Source: a virus. Taken from it: a DNA stretch of 64,000 bases. Below, piece after piece: positions 38,406-47,979 of the stretch (its first letter is position 1; every line of letters starts with the position of its first letter). The position numbers and the translations under genes were made by a program. Where the stretch lies: positions 29,700 to 93,699 of IMG/VR virus record IMGVR_UViG_3300042893_000474. One strand, written 5' to 3'. The notes beneath the pieces are model-generated. The model was not told the origin of the DNA, did not search any database, and saw only the letters and a program-made list of their open reading frames with translations.

Positions 38406-40100
38406 TTATTTCAAGTAATTAATTCTAATTTTATCTGTAGGTGTAGGCACGAACAAGAAGGTAATTGTCAAAGGAGATAAAGTACCTACAGTATAGTCAT
38501 TACCTACTCCTGGTTCCATCAATACACCATTTAAGTATACTCGCTCAGAACCTGAAATAGCGTTACCTGTGGAAGTGAATGTTGTAGCCACCCCGTTAGG
38601 AGCAGGACTTGGAGTTTCTCTTACTACAAAGTTAGAATTATTCATAGTTCCTGATGGCAAATCACCTGTTGACAAAGTAGTACCAGAAGTCACACGACCT
38701 TTTGCGTCAGTTGTTACTTTGGTGTAAGTTCCAGCAGTTCCTACAGAAGCAAGAGTCACGGTGATTGCTGTTGTTCCACTACCACTTGCATCACCACTCA
38801 ATGTAATTGATTGGTTACCTGTGATATAAGTAGAAGTATCCAAAGACCAAGTGTTAGCGGCAGTCTTTTTCAAGAATCCTGAAGTACCCGCCAAAGCGGC
38901 AATTGCGTCTAAGTCAGCATCCCAAGCCTGTACGTTTGTACCGATAACAACTCCCAAAGTAGTACGACCTGCAGCAGCATCAGCATCGTCAATCAAAGAA
39001 CGACCAAAAGTAGTCAAAGCAGACATTGCAAAAGTATCTACACCTGTAGCATAAATCAACTGATTAGCGGCTGTGGTCAAACCAGCAAGAGCGGTCAAAG
39101 TGGCATCTAATCCTTGCTTATTGTTCAACTGAGTTTGGATAGCAGAAGTTACGCCTGATACATAACTAAGTTCAGCAGAAGTCACAGTAGATACGGCAAC
39201 TTTACCAGAACCATCTGATACCAAAGCACGAGATGCGGTCAAGTTAGAAGTAACTATTGTAGAAGCACCTCCCGTGATAGCTGCTTGAGCACGAGCATTA
39301 GTAAAGAATAAGTTAGTAGAACCTTCTACTAAGTTATCAGTAGTTCCAGCAACCGCAGAAGTAACCCTACCATAAGCATCTACAGTAACTCTGTTGTATG
39401 TTCCTGCAGTAACTCCTGAAGTTGCTAAGTCAATGTTATCAGCGTTAACAACAATACGAGAAGAAGATACTGTTCCTACGTCAAAGGTAAGACCTGTCTT
39501 AGTAAGACCGTTACCTGCTTGGAAGTCAGCAGCTCCTGCAAATTGGTTAAATACAATTGCTGTTGAACCGATTGTTATAGGACCAGGAGTACTTTGAGTC
39601 CAACCAGTAGCTTGTAAGGTAGTTCCTGAAGTTACGAAGTAGAAAGCGTTTATTAATTCAGAACCTGCATCAGAATCTGTTGAACGTGCCCACGCACCTG
39701 CCGAAACATCGTATACACCATTTTGAGTAGTTGTAGTTTGGTTCTTTACAAGTACACGATCACCAGCAATCAAAGCAACACCATCAATGGTTTGTGTACC
39801 ACTCAATGTAATGTTGGCAGTTGTTGCAGCTCGTACAGCAGTCTTAACGCTCAAACCCTGAGCAACTGAGTCTACATATGCTTTGGTAGCAGCATCTGTT
39901 GTGTTAGTTGGAGTACCTAAACCTGTTGCTTTAAATCCTCCAAAGGATTGGTCAGCTGTAAAGGCTACTGAGCCATCTTTTTTAGTGAAGTTCGCACCAT
40001 CAGCCAACTTCGAACTGGCGATGGCAGCAGCGGCATCGATATCCGCATTCACAATCGTGAGGGCATCGAGTTGGGATTTTTTAATTTTAGTTATTGGCAT
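38406..40100 (-). CDS. tail/head fibre protein
   Basis: DAATKAYVD, VRAATTANITLSGTQTIDGV...GDRVLVKNQT, DATLTALAGL and Y.KVT.D.KGRVT fibre motifs; C-terminal VYLNG...DYT domain. Confidence 0.75.
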   Translation of the reverse strand: MPITKIKKSQLDALTIVNADIDAAAAIASSKLADGANFTKKDGSVAFTADQSFGGFKATGLGTPTNTTDAATKAYVDSVAQGLSVKTAVRAATTANITLSGTQTIDGVALIAGDRVLVKNQTTTTQNGVYDVSAGAWARSTDSDAGSELINAFYFVTSGTTLQATGWTQSTPGPITIGSTAIVFNQFAGAADFQAGNGLTKTGLTFDVGTVSSSRIVVNADNIDLATSGVTAGTYNRVTVDAYGRVTSAVAGTTDNLVEGSTNLFFTNARAQAAITGGASTIVTSNLTASRALVSDGSGKVAVSTVTSAELSYVSGVTSAIQTQLNNKQGLDATLTALAGLTTAANQLIYATGVDTFAMSALTTFGRSLIDDADAAAGRTTLGVVIGTNVQAWDADLDAIAALAGTSGFLKKTAANTWSLDTSTYITGNQSITLSGDASGSGTTAITVTLASVGTAGTYTKVTTDAKGRVTSGTTLSTGDLPSGTMNNSNFVVRETPSPAPNGVATTFTSTGNAISGSERVYLNGVLMEPGVGNDYTVGTLSPLTITFLFVPTPTDKIRINYLK

Positions 40101-40105
40101 GATGT

Positions 40106-43100
40106 TTAGATTTGATATTCGATTATGATAAGGTCAGTTGGGGCTGGTGGGTTTGTGAAAGTTATTTGGTTGGTTCCTGTTTCAATATAGTCGTATCCTG
40201 CACCACGAGTTAATCTCTGACCATTCAAGAAAACTCTAGTTGTAGTTACGATAAAGGTTGCGCTAGTTGTAAAGAGGACGTTAGCCCCATTCTTTGTTCC
40301 TGTTATATTGTAATCGTAATCTATTACAAACTGAGCACCTATAGGAGCAGTCGCATAGGTCATCAATCCTGTAGAAGAGTTATAATAGACTACGTTGGCA
40401 GTAGATACGTTGGCTAGGGTTGCAGTAAATGCTCCTTGTACTCTTGCAGTACCATTTACATCTAGTTTATACCCAGCATCAGTAGTGGTTCCGACAAGGA
40501 CGTTGCCTCCATTAAATACTATATTACCGCTCGTTGTTTCTATTGCTCTATGCGCAACGACACCTACAAGAGATACAACTGCTGGGTTATAGTATATTCC
40601 TCTAACTGTTACATTTGTTGCTGTGCCTGTTACGCTTATAGTGGGTACTATATGAATAGAATTTAATTGTATAGTATCAAATTGCTCTTGTGCAAAAAAT
40701 GGTTCTATTCTAAAAGCAGATGCTATTCCACTATTAGCTGCTCTTCTGTGCCTACCCTTAAAGAACCAAGCACCATCGTCACCATTTGCATTCGGGGCCG
40801 CTTCTCCGTCAAATGTATAAAACCTAGCTCCTCCATTGGGCATAAGTTGTATTAATCTACTTGTTGGAGCGGTTACTCTTCTAATAGCTACCCCTGAAGT
40901 AGAGGTTATTAAATCAAAAAGCGCACTACCGTCATCTAAAACACTAAATATATTAGCAGGTGTTGAATTTTGAACTAATAAGGCAGTTGTTGCTGATGTT
41001 GCTCCAGCTCCCTTTACTCTTGTACTACCATTTACATCTAGTTTGTATCCTGCGTCTGTGAAAGTACCTCCATTTTGTATTAATACATTTCCTGTAGAGT
41101 TAAATATTCTAAATTTTTGAATATCTGATAGACCATAGATGCCAAAGTCTCCACTAAAAGCCTGAATACTTGAATGTCCATATCTGTTAAACCATGTTTG
41201 TACGCTTCCAGTAATAATTACAAAAGGAGATCCTGCTGGTGCTTTAACACGCATAGCACCATCGCCAGTAATTGCAATTCCTGCTTGAGACCCATTGCTA
41301 TGTTGAAGTACAAAGTTTGAGTTTGATGCTGTTGTATCATATGGAGCATCGTAAATAGATAATATTCTACCATAAGCTCTAACAGCAATGTTATTCACCC
41401 CCGTAAACGCACCATTAGTAAAGGTAGGATTGATGTCTAGTCCTACTAATACGTCATTGTTTGCTGCTGCTACTAAAGTATTGTTAAAGTATACTCCTCT
41501 TGCAATAAGTGAGGCCGCAGTGATTGATGTGCTTGTCGTTAGGCTAGCTCCAGACAGTGCAGCTCCTTTACCGATTGCCAATTCACCGCTTCCTGCGAAG
41601 ATTGCTATATCAGTTCCTGCAATGTTAACTTTTACTTGCGATGTAGAATTTGTTACTCCATCGTTGTATTGGTTAAATATTGAAATCCTTGACCCTCCAC
41701 CGCCATAAGTTGCAGCTAACCCAAGAAATCCTCCTGAAGTTGTTTGTGTTAAAAGCAATGTTCCAGAACCGTTTCCACTAGCTCCTGTTAGCACATTGTA
41801 TCCTTGCAACCTCATCTGAGCAGCGGTGCTGTCTGTAAATGTTGATTGAGAATTTACTGTAAGCTTAGAAAATACAGAACTTCCAGCTACAATTGCATAG
41901 TTTTGAATTCCACTTCCTGTCCCCGAAAACCCTGCCTCGTTAACTAACAGCGTAGCAATGGTTGTCCCACTAAAAGTACCGTTTATGTTAGACGAAAAAG
42001 TATTTGCATAAGTAGTACCTGTTCCTGTTACCGCTACTGTTCCCGTTATGTTTAATGCCTTAGCTATAGTTGCCGTATCACTTACCCTCGCAGTCCCATT
42101 AACATCTAACTTATATCCTGCATCGCTAGTAGTGTTTATTCCTACGTTGCCAGTACCACTAAAAATACTTAGCGCTGTCAGTGCTATAGCGGTTCCTGTA
42201 TCATTTAGTTTTTGGATGGCAAAAATATTATTTAAACCTCCTGTACCTATATTTCCAAATCTCCAATATTGATTACCTGCGTTTGCTGCTCTTGCTATTA
42301 CATTAAACCACGCCTCTTGATATCCTTCTGCTGTAAAGTAAGCACCTGCTGCACTTGTTGCAGATAAATTTCCTTTTATTGTAATAAATGATCTACCAGA
42401 CGAATCATTTTCTACTTTTAATGATGTATTATTTGCACCATTTACCACAAACATATTACCTACTGCACTTGTAGTAGTTGTAATAAGTCCTGTGTTTATC
42501 GCATTGGTGGTGGTGTTCCCTGCTGTGGTTACTTGTGCTAGGGTAGGTACTGAGACCAGAGGCGTACCTCCAAAGATGGTAGATATGCTTTTGTTCTTCC
42601 AAAGAGCACTTGAAGTTTCGTAAACCACAAGATCGTTATTAGCTGGAGAACTTAAGAGAACTCCGTGCAACTCATCAAACTCATATCCGTTTTGAATATG
42701 AAGAACTATCCTACCTTGCGTAGGGTGAGAACGAGCAATGAAACCGATAAATACTGCGTGATTGGGTTCGGCAGGAACTGTACTTGTTATTCCTCCAGCC
42801 GTAGTAGCAGACAACCAAACAGCATCTCCAGCCGTAAAAGCCGAAGTATCTAAATCATGAAGGGTTCCGTTTGTTGCTACGTATCCATCAGAGTTATTCG
42901 CAATATTTGCTTCAACTATACCTATGGTCTTTGAAGAAGTAGCCTCAGTATGTGCTTGGGCTCTTACAGCATTAGGTCTGTTTCCTGTTGCTCCACTTAA
43001 ATAAACAATTGTACCTTTAGTTAGAGTAGAACCAGTAGAGTTCCTTACTATAATTTCAGTTCTTTCTGCTGAGTCCACAACTCCGTCATTATCTACGTCA

Positions 43101-43396
43101 TAGGTAGCTTTGTACATATCTCCACCACCACCTCCACCACTAACAGCTTTCCAAGTACCATCGTCAGCTAAATAAAGATTACCTGCTCCTGTAGATCCTG
43201 TTCCTAATCTATTTGGGTCAATAATACCTGTAGTAATGTAAGCAGCGTCAAATAATCTTAATGCGGGTGGCCCAGGATTTACTGGGTCGGTAGCAAGTAC
43301 ATACTTCGGTGGGAACTGCGGACTAGTGTAGCCTTGCTGTGCAGATGCTTGTATGAAGGTTAATAACTCCTGAGGAGTCAGAGGATTATTAGACAT
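40106..43396 (-). CDS. long modular tail fibre / receptor-binding protein
   Basis: 1096 aa; three GNV...TDAGYKLDVNG..RV junction motifs; C-terminal VFLNG...DY domain shared with the downstream gene. Confidence 0.75.
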   Translation of the reverse strand: MSNNPLTPQELLTFIQASAQQGYTSPQFPPKYVLATDPVNPGPPALRLFDAAYITTGIIDPNRLGTGSTGAGNLYLADDGTWKAVSGGGGGGDMYKATYDVDNDGVVDSAERTEIIVRNSTGSTLTKGTIVYLSGATGNRPNAVRAQAHTEATSSKTIGIVEANIANNSDGYVATNGTLHDLDTSAFTAGDAVWLSATTAGGITSTVPAEPNHAVFIGFIARSHPTQGRIVLHIQNGYEFDELHGVLLSSPANNDLVVYETSSALWKNKSISTIFGGTPLVSVPTLAQVTTAGNTTTNAINTGLITTTTSAVGNMFVVNGANNTSLKVENDSSGRSFITIKGNLSATSAAGAYFTAEGYQEAWFNVIARAANAGNQYWRFGNIGTGGLNNIFAIQKLNDTGTAIALTALSIFSGTGNVGINTTSDAGYKLDVNGTARVSDTATIAKALNITGTVAVTGTGTTYANTFSSNINGTFSGTTIATLLVNEAGFSGTGSGIQNYAIVAGSSVFSKLTVNSQSTFTDSTAAQMRLQGYNVLTGASGNGSGTLLLTQTTSGGFLGLAATYGGGGSRISIFNQYNDGVTNSTSQVKVNIAGTDIAIFAGSGELAIGKGAALSGASLTTSTSITAASLIARGVYFNNTLVAAANNDVLVGLDINPTFTNGAFTGVNNIAVRAYGRILSIYDAPYDTTASNSNFVLQHSNGSQAGIAITGDGAMRVKAPAGSPFVIITGSVQTWFNRYGHSSIQAFSGDFGIYGLSDIQKFRIFNSTGNVLIQNGGTFTDAGYKLDVNGSTRVKGAGATSATTALLVQNSTPANIFSVLDDGSALFDLITSTSGVAIRRVTAPTSRLIQLMPNGGARFYTFDGEAAPNANGDDGAWFFKGRHRRAANSGIASAFRIEPFFAQEQFDTIQLNSIHIVPTISVTGTATNVTVRGIYYNPAVVSLVGVVAHRAIETTSGNIVFNGGNVLVGTTTDAGYKLDVNGTARVQGAFTATLANVSTANVVYYNSSTGLMTYATAPIGAQFVIDYDYNITGTKNGANVLFTTSATFIVTTTRVFLNGQRLTRGAGYDYIETGTNQITFTNPPAPTDLIIIEYQI

Positions 43397-43404
43397 ATAT
43401 GGAC

Positions 43405-43429
43405 TACTATATAGTAATATACAAATATA
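43405..43429 (-). promoter_or_regulatory. -7 box TATATTTG plus 12-bp palindrome at the predicted start of the fibre operon
   Basis: CAAATATA at 43422-43429 (TATATTTG on minus); TACTATATAGTA at 43405-43416; no perfect -33 TTG. Confidence 0.55.
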
Positions 43430-43440
43430 AGCTAATATAG

Positions 43441-43470
43441 AAAAAAATAAAGGGGGATATAAATCCCCCT
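43441..43470 (-). terminator. intrinsic terminator
   Basis: AGGGGGAT-ATAA-ATCCCCCT stem with minus-strand TTATTTTTTT tail. Confidence 0.75.
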
Positions 43471-43508
43471 CTACTTAACTAAACTTATGGAAATGTTTAC
43501 ATATTCCC

Positions 43509-43850
43509 TTACTCTGAGATAACAGACAGACCTTCTGGTCCTCCTGTTAGGTGTAAGAAAGCATCAATCTCTCTTGGGTCTTTGATAACTACTACAATTG
43601 GCTCACTTGTTGTTTCAAATTTAGTAATCTTTACTGGCTCTTTTTGTTTAGTAGTAGGATTAATTTTATATTGATAATCGGTGGGATTTAATTTATCCGC
43701 ATTCCTATTTAATATAATTGCTAATCCTTCTTTCTCTGGATATGTCATTACAACTGAATCCAAGTCAAAAGAGTACCCGTTTTTACGAGTTGTTTGTGTA
43801 CCTTGCTCTGAAGATACAGTTTCGATGTCGGTATAATAAAATAGTTTCAT
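43509..43850 (-). CDS. hypothetical protein
   Basis: 113-aa ORF co-oriented with GroES and followed by a terminator. Confidence 0.65.
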   Translation of the reverse strand: MKLFYYTDIETVSSEQGTQTTRKNGYSFDLDSVVMTYPEKEGLAIILNRNADKLNPTDYQYKINPTTKQKEPVKITKFETTSEPIVVVIKDPREIDAFLHLTGGPEGLSVISE

Positions 43851-43866
43851 ATCTTAAGTTAATAAC

Positions 43867-44151
43867 TTACCAGATGAATACAACATCCATCTCACGGATT
43901 AAGAATTTTTTACTTTCTTCTACGTCAACAAGATCAGCATGCATAATTGTGCTAGGAGTAATATAAACTTTGTCTCCTACTTTAATATCTGTTACAGCAT
44001 CACCGACAGCAAATACGTCTAAAGCTGTCATTTCTTCCAATTGTTTAATTAGAAGGTCTTTTTGGGCTTCTTCACTCAAGTGAAGTCCTAAGTCTTTACG
44101 AGGGGGGCAATTTAGCAATACCCTTGAACCTCTTAGTTTGATTATACTCAT
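43867..44151 (-). CDS. groES: GroES-like co-chaperonin
   Basis: KLRGSRVLL...AVGDAV.DIKVGDKV...LIREMDVV matches the Cpn10 fold pattern. Confidence 0.8.
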   Translation of the reverse strand: MSIIKLRGSRVLLNCPPRKDLGLHLSEEAQKDLLIKQLEEMTALDVFAVGDAVTDIKVGDKVYITPSTIMHADLVDVEESKKFLIREMDVVFIW

Positions 44152-44194
44152 GTGGGTTTTATATTAGTTTTTTAATTTTAGGTTGATTTCTTAA

Positions 44195-44226
44195 TTTGCA
44201 AAGTTATAAGAAATATCTTATTTTTG
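44195..44226. promoter_or_regulatory. overlapping divergent promoters
   Basis: Plus: TTTG (44195-44198)-N20-TATTTTTG (44219-44226). Minus: TAACTTTG (44206-44199). Inverted repeat ATAAGA-AATA-TCTTAT at 44206-44221. Confidence 0.55.
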
Positions 44227-44245
44227 AATATAGAAAATTAATTTT

Positions 44246-44566
44246 ATGACAACAGAAACAAACCAACCAGAAGCACAGGAAAGTACAGTCTATTGGAAAC
44301 CTGATGAACAGATTACTATCAAAGGAACTGAACTTGCATCATTGTTGCATTTAGTAGATTTACAGACAGTTTCTATCTCTCAAGTACCTTTGAGTACACT
44401 TATGGAAATGTTCTCTACTGCAAATGCTGCCAAAAATGATATTATGGCTAGACTTGCTGCTGAGGGTAAACTAAGCAATAGTCCTATAGAATCTGTAGAA
44501 CCTGTAGAAACTATCGAACCAGTAACTTTGCAGAGTTTAGACGAAATCTCAGATGAGATTTTGTAA
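44246..44566 (+). CDS. acidic hypothetical protein (lone plus-strand gene)
   Basis: 106 aa; own candidate promoter and downstream bidirectional terminator; does not overlap minus-strand genes. Confidence 0.7.
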   Translation: MTTETNQPEAQESTVYWKPDEQITIKGTELASLLHLVDLQTVSISQVPLSTLMEMFSTANAAKNDIMARLAAEGKLSNSPIESVEPVETIEPVTLQSLDEISDEIL

Positions 44567-44590
44567 TTAAAAGTAACTTTAGTGGTTAAT

Positions 44591-44621
44591 AAAAAAGGAG
44601 GACTATATGTCCTCCTTTATT
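44591..44621. terminator. bidirectional intrinsic terminator
   Basis: AAAGGAGGAC-TATAT-GTCCTCCTTT (44594-44618) flanked by A- and T-tracts between convergent genes. Confidence 0.8.
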
Positions 44622-45079
44622 GTTTCTAGATAGTGATAAAATCTGTAGATTTCCTGAGTTATATCTATTTGAAGTTTAGTAAAGTCAGCTTCAGGGTCAG
44701 CAATATTTAAAAATGACTTGGATAATTCATCTACACGACTATGTTTAAAGCTAAACAAGTCTCTGCGATAAACGTCATGTACTTTAAATACATACATCCT
44801 CATTGTATTATCAGGAGTAACTACATCATAGAAGTCGTAGAAAGATGTAAAGTCTGCAAGTTTAAACTGGAATTCATCAAAGTCTTTGTTATCCTTTAAA
44901 TGAAACAGAAAGAACAAGCAGTCTCTATACTTTTTGCTATGCCCGTAATCATCCAAGTAAACATTAACTAACCCATAAATTCTGAGTGTAGCTAATGCAT
45001 CCTTGTTGAAAATCATACAGGTTAAAAATCTAGCAGTATTAGTAGGAGGATTCACTAATACAAAATTAACAGAACTCAT
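44603..45079 (-). CDS. hypothetical protein
   Basis: 158-aa ORF in the replication block. Confidence 0.65.
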   Translation of the reverse strand: MSSVNFVLVNPPTNTARFLTCMIFNKDALATLRIYGLVNVYLDDYGHSKKYRDCLFFLFHLKDNKDFDEFQFKLADFTSFYDFYDVVTPDNTMRMYVFKVHDVYRRDLFSFKHSRVDELSKSFLNIADPEADFTKLQIDITQEIYRFYHYLETIKEDI

Positions 45080-45090
45080 AGGTTTACCAA

Positions 45091-46062
45091 CTATTGTCCA
45101 ATAATACGTACACCCTTGTTCTGATAGTCATGCATAGGATATTTCCACAAATCATTTTCTACGTGCCACTCATATCTTTCAATAGCTTGATGGAATCCTT
45201 CATACTGACGACCATTATGCTCACCTCCGTATTGACCTATCTCTAAGATGTCTTCAGACATTTCATAAATGAGAGGACTTCCAGGGTAGTCTTGATTCTC
45301 TACAATAAACCTAAAGGGATGTAGCACTTTACCTCCTAGTTGTTTTACCAACCCAGAAGCAATTACTCCATAAGTATAGAAAGCAGCTTGTATGTCATAC
45401 CTAAACTTCCAAAACATACTCATCCAATAGTGTGTTGGACTTGAGGTTGTCTTTAAGTCTATTGGGTATACAACTCCTGTTGCTTTGTCGACCACTACTA
45501 AGTCTAGTAGACCCTTACATTTATGCCCATTGTACTCAAATTCTACCACTACTTGTTTATGGACTTCGTATATTTCTGACCCATTAATCCATTCTGAGGT
45601 AAAGTCATTGTACTTAAGGCTTTCTACAATAGCGTCAATCTTTGCTTTTTGGCTAGTTGTAATTACACTTTTACCATTTGACTCTAGCAAAGCCTCATAG
45701 TAATACTTGCCTTCTTTCTCAAATCGCTCAAGTACTTTGTCTACTTTAATCTTAAAGCCTGACCTTTCATAAGCAATCTGTACTGCTTCACTACTATCTC
45801 TATTGATAAATAAGTTCCATACAAATACACCCATCATAGCTCCAGGCTTCTCTACGTCAGTTACGTAGAAAGCATCATAGAAAGCATCATGACTTTGTGT
45901 TAGAATAAGATCTACTCCGTCTCCAATAACGGTAGTTTCTTTTGGTTCGTCTGTGTCATCCTCATTGTTGTAGTTAATAAAGAGCTGCGGATGCGCTAAT
46001 AGCTTCTTTAATTTGCTCTGACTAAGAGCTGTACTACTTAAGTATTCTTCGTTTATTATCAT
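45091..46062 (-). CDS. PD-(D/E)xK exonuclease (RecE/ExoVIII- or Cas4-like)
   Basis: ALSQSKLK N-terminus, CKGLLDLV...PIDLKTT, YDIQAAFY. The ATG at 46062 is preferred over 46143, which overlaps the upstream gene. Confidence 0.8.
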   Translation of the reverse strand: MIINEEYLSSTALSQSKLKKLLAHPQLFINYNNEDDTDEPKETTVIGDGVDLILTQSHDAFYDAFYVTDVEKPGAMMGVFVWNLFINRDSSEAVQIAYERSGFKIKVDKVLERFEKEGKYYYEALLESNGKSVITTSQKAKIDAIVESLKYNDFTSEWINGSEIYEVHKQVVVEFEYNGHKCKGLLDLVVVDKATGVVYPIDLKTTSSPTHYWMSMFWKFRYDIQAAFYTYGVIASGLVKQLGGKVLHPFRFIVENQDYPGSPLIYEMSEDILEIGQYGGEHNGRQYEGFHQAIERYEWHVENDLWKYPMHDYQNKGVRIIGQ

Positions 46063-46249
46063 ATCGTAGGTAAGTAATCTTAATGTTCCAGAAAAACCAT
46101 CCAATGTATAAAGTAAACAACTCCTGTTTACTTGTTCTTGCAATAGTTAACATGGGAAGAAGATAGAAAAAAAGAAAGGGTGCATCTCTCTGCCCCCATT
46201 TACGTTTGTAGAAATTATTTGCCTCTAGTTGTAGTTTACCTATCATCAT
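46034..46249 (-). CDS. small hydrophobic hypothetical protein
   Basis: 71 aa filling the gap between neighbours with short overlaps; F.LLP...IGWFFW pattern. Confidence 0.55.
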   Translation of the reverse strand: MMIGKLQLEANNFYKRKWGQRDAPFLFFYLLPMLTIARTSKQELFTLYIGWFFWNIKITYLRYDNKRRILK

Positions 46250-46607
46250 AATCTGGTTTCTCCCGTAAAATATACTCTAAAAACATTACGTTACACATAA
46301 CATGGCTAATATGTCGGCAGCCTGACTCAGCGTCTATATCCTCACCTTTAGCAAAGGCAAACAAATGCCTCATTAAACTCTCGGTAACTTTAGTTACTGG
46401 CATACCTTTCTTCCAGTTGTTTGGTGCATACTTAGCTGCGCCATACTCTAAAACTTTAACCATACCTTCTAGTGAGTCAAAGTCTACTAACGACCACTGC
46501 AACTTGTCTTGGTTGTATCTTAATGCTTGTTTGTCTCTATCTAGTAGAGCTCTCTCAAAATCGTCAACCTCGTTGGCAATTTCTTCTCTAATTGTTTTAT
46601 TTTCCAT
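46236..46607 (-). CDS. dATP/dGTP diphosphohydrolase-like protein (DUF5664)
   Basis: ALRYN..K..WSLV...VLEYGA.KY..NNWKKG...SLMRHL...D.ESG..H..H..CN.MFL signature. Confidence 0.85.
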   Translation of the reverse strand: MENKTIREEIANEVDDFERALLDRDKQALRYNQDKLQWSLVDFDSLEGMVKVLEYGAAKYAPNNWKKGMPVTKVTESLMRHLFAFAKGEDIDAESGCRHISHVMCNVMFLEYILREKPDYDDR

Positions 46608-46612
46608 ATTGG

Positions 46613-47050
46613 TTAAGGTTCTGGTATACGTGTACCTAGTACTTGATTTGCGAACTGAAGTACTTTACTAATAAATTTAGTCACATCTTCTTTAGTTGAC
46701 TTAGAAAACGACATAGGAAGTTTCACAAACTGCCCTGCCATTGCTACTTCTTCATAGAAGAATTTGTCTTTAAGGAACATTACAACTTCTTCCTTAGTTA
46801 GTTCTTCTCCTTGTAATTCTTCGAGTGAGTTTTTAATTACAGGTAATACTACTCCGTAAAAATATCTCAGCTGCTGAAGACTCTTCTTACCTTCTACCCT
46901 GACAAGATTTAACTCTACTTCTACTTCAGGTTGCCCGTTCATAATTTCAGTTAAGTATTGTTGTAGTATAGTAGGATCATCAGGTTTAAAATACCTATTG
47001 CCATCTAGTTTAATGGCTAATTTTCCTGGTATGTAAATTTTATTTATCAT
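46613..47050 (-). CDS. ninB: NinB-like recombination protein
   Basis: K.S..Q.RYFYGVV...LK..F...S.S..TK..F...V...A...G..IP.P pattern. Confidence 0.6.
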   Translation of the reverse strand: MINKIYIPGKLAIKLDGNRYFKPDDPTILQQYLTEIMNGQPEVEVELNLVRVEGKKSLQQLRYFYGVVLPVIKNSLEELQGEELTKEEVVMFLKDKFFYEEVAMAGQFVKLPMSFSKSTKEDVTKFISKVLQFANQVLGTRIPEP

Positions 47051-47315
47051 CGTCTTTCTTTTCTAGCTCTTCTAATAGTCTAAATGCTAACTCTTCCTCT
47101 GCTTCCAACTGATCTTTTAATTTATGTTTACCAAAAGCTAGGTCAATCTGTTTCATAAAATAAGAATTAGTACCCTTAGCATTACTTATTGCTTTGTACA
47201 AATCAGGATTGACATACTCCCTGATAAACTGATATTGGATATTAAGGGCCCGTGCTAACACATAGGCCCTTCTTATATCCTTTAAGATTTGTTGTTCAGA
47301 TGGTTTCTTGGTCAT
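47040..47315 (-). CDS. hypothetical protein
   Basis: 91 aa, tightly overlapped with neighbours. Confidence 0.6.
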   Translation of the reverse strand: MTKKPSEQQILKDIRRAYVLARALNIQYQFIREYVNPDLYKAISNAKGTNSYFMKQIDLAFGKHKLKDQLEAEEELAFRLLEELEKKDDDK

Positions 47316-47979
47316 TACCAGTCTCTTCTACAGAGTCTTTATAGTCGTTGAAGTAAATTTTAAGTTCTTCCTTTTCTTCTTTAGTTAGTTTCCAATACTT
47401 ATTGCTAAACAGTTCAAGTACATCTTCAAACGTATTGTAGTAACCTTCTTGCACTTCATTAACTACTGAGTCCCAGTAACTCTCAGGGTTGTTCTTTTGT
47501 TCAAACTCCCGATAAGTCATGTGCTCTTCTCCTATGTTACCATCTTCGTCAATTACAAACTCTCCTGCAAAATCCATCCCTGACTCTTCGTAGTTACCTT
47601 CACAAGTTAACTTATATTTCTTACAGAGTTTAGCAAAGAAAGGTAACACAGGGCTCCAAGCGCTGTCACCTGAGATTATTATACCTGCTTGATCTCCAGT
47701 ATGACCTTCCTGTAACTCAAAGTAAGCCTCAAACCATTTAGAGCCATACTTATCATACACATCAAAATTAGTAGGAAATGAACCATCTGCACTTTGTTCA
47801 GGTTTGTTCATTAGAACTCTACTAAAGTTACCTGCCCATAGAGTAAATTCAGCACTATTATCACCACGACGGTAATTAGTCTCTGTCTCTAGGTCAATCT
47901 TTTTAACCTGTGCAAACAACTTCTTAATCTCATCTGGCTTACCTATAAAGTAACCGTAGTTGTAACAATGATTTGCCAT
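47296..47979 (-). CDS. YubB/DUF1281-like ferredoxin-fold protein
   Basis: MAN.C.N start, YG.KW, DSAWSP, YEE.GMDFAG motifs. Confidence 0.75.
   Translation of the reverse strand: MANHCYNYGYFIGKPDEIKKLFAQVKKIDLETETNYRRGDNSAEFTLWAGNFSRVLMNKPEQSADGSFPTNFDVYDKYGSKWFEAYFELQEGHTGDQAGIIISGDSAWSPVLPFFAKLCKKYKLTCEGNYEESGMDFAGEFVIDEDGNIGEEHMTYREFEQKNNPESYWDSVVNEVQEGYYNTFEDVLELFSNKYWKLTKEEKEELKIYFNDYKDSVEETGNDQETI

Noticed and set aside
40106-43396. Diversity-generating retroelement or invertase shufflon acting on the fibre
   Set aside because: No reverse transcriptase or recombinase in the window; the repeats are direct and short, not adenine-variant TR/VR pairs.
37850-43966. Plus-strand ORFs over the fibre genes (37850, 38851, 41388, 43718 etc.)
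   Set aside because: Antisense shadows produced by Thr/Gly/Ala codon bias.
46063-46143. N-terminal 27 aa of the 350-aa exonuclease ORF
   Set aside because: Overlaps the upstream 71-aa gene; the family-like sequence begins at the ATG at 46062.
46236-46607. Z-genome (2-aminoadenine) pathway
   Set aside because: No PurZ or DatZ recognisable in the window; DUF5664 alone is insufficient.
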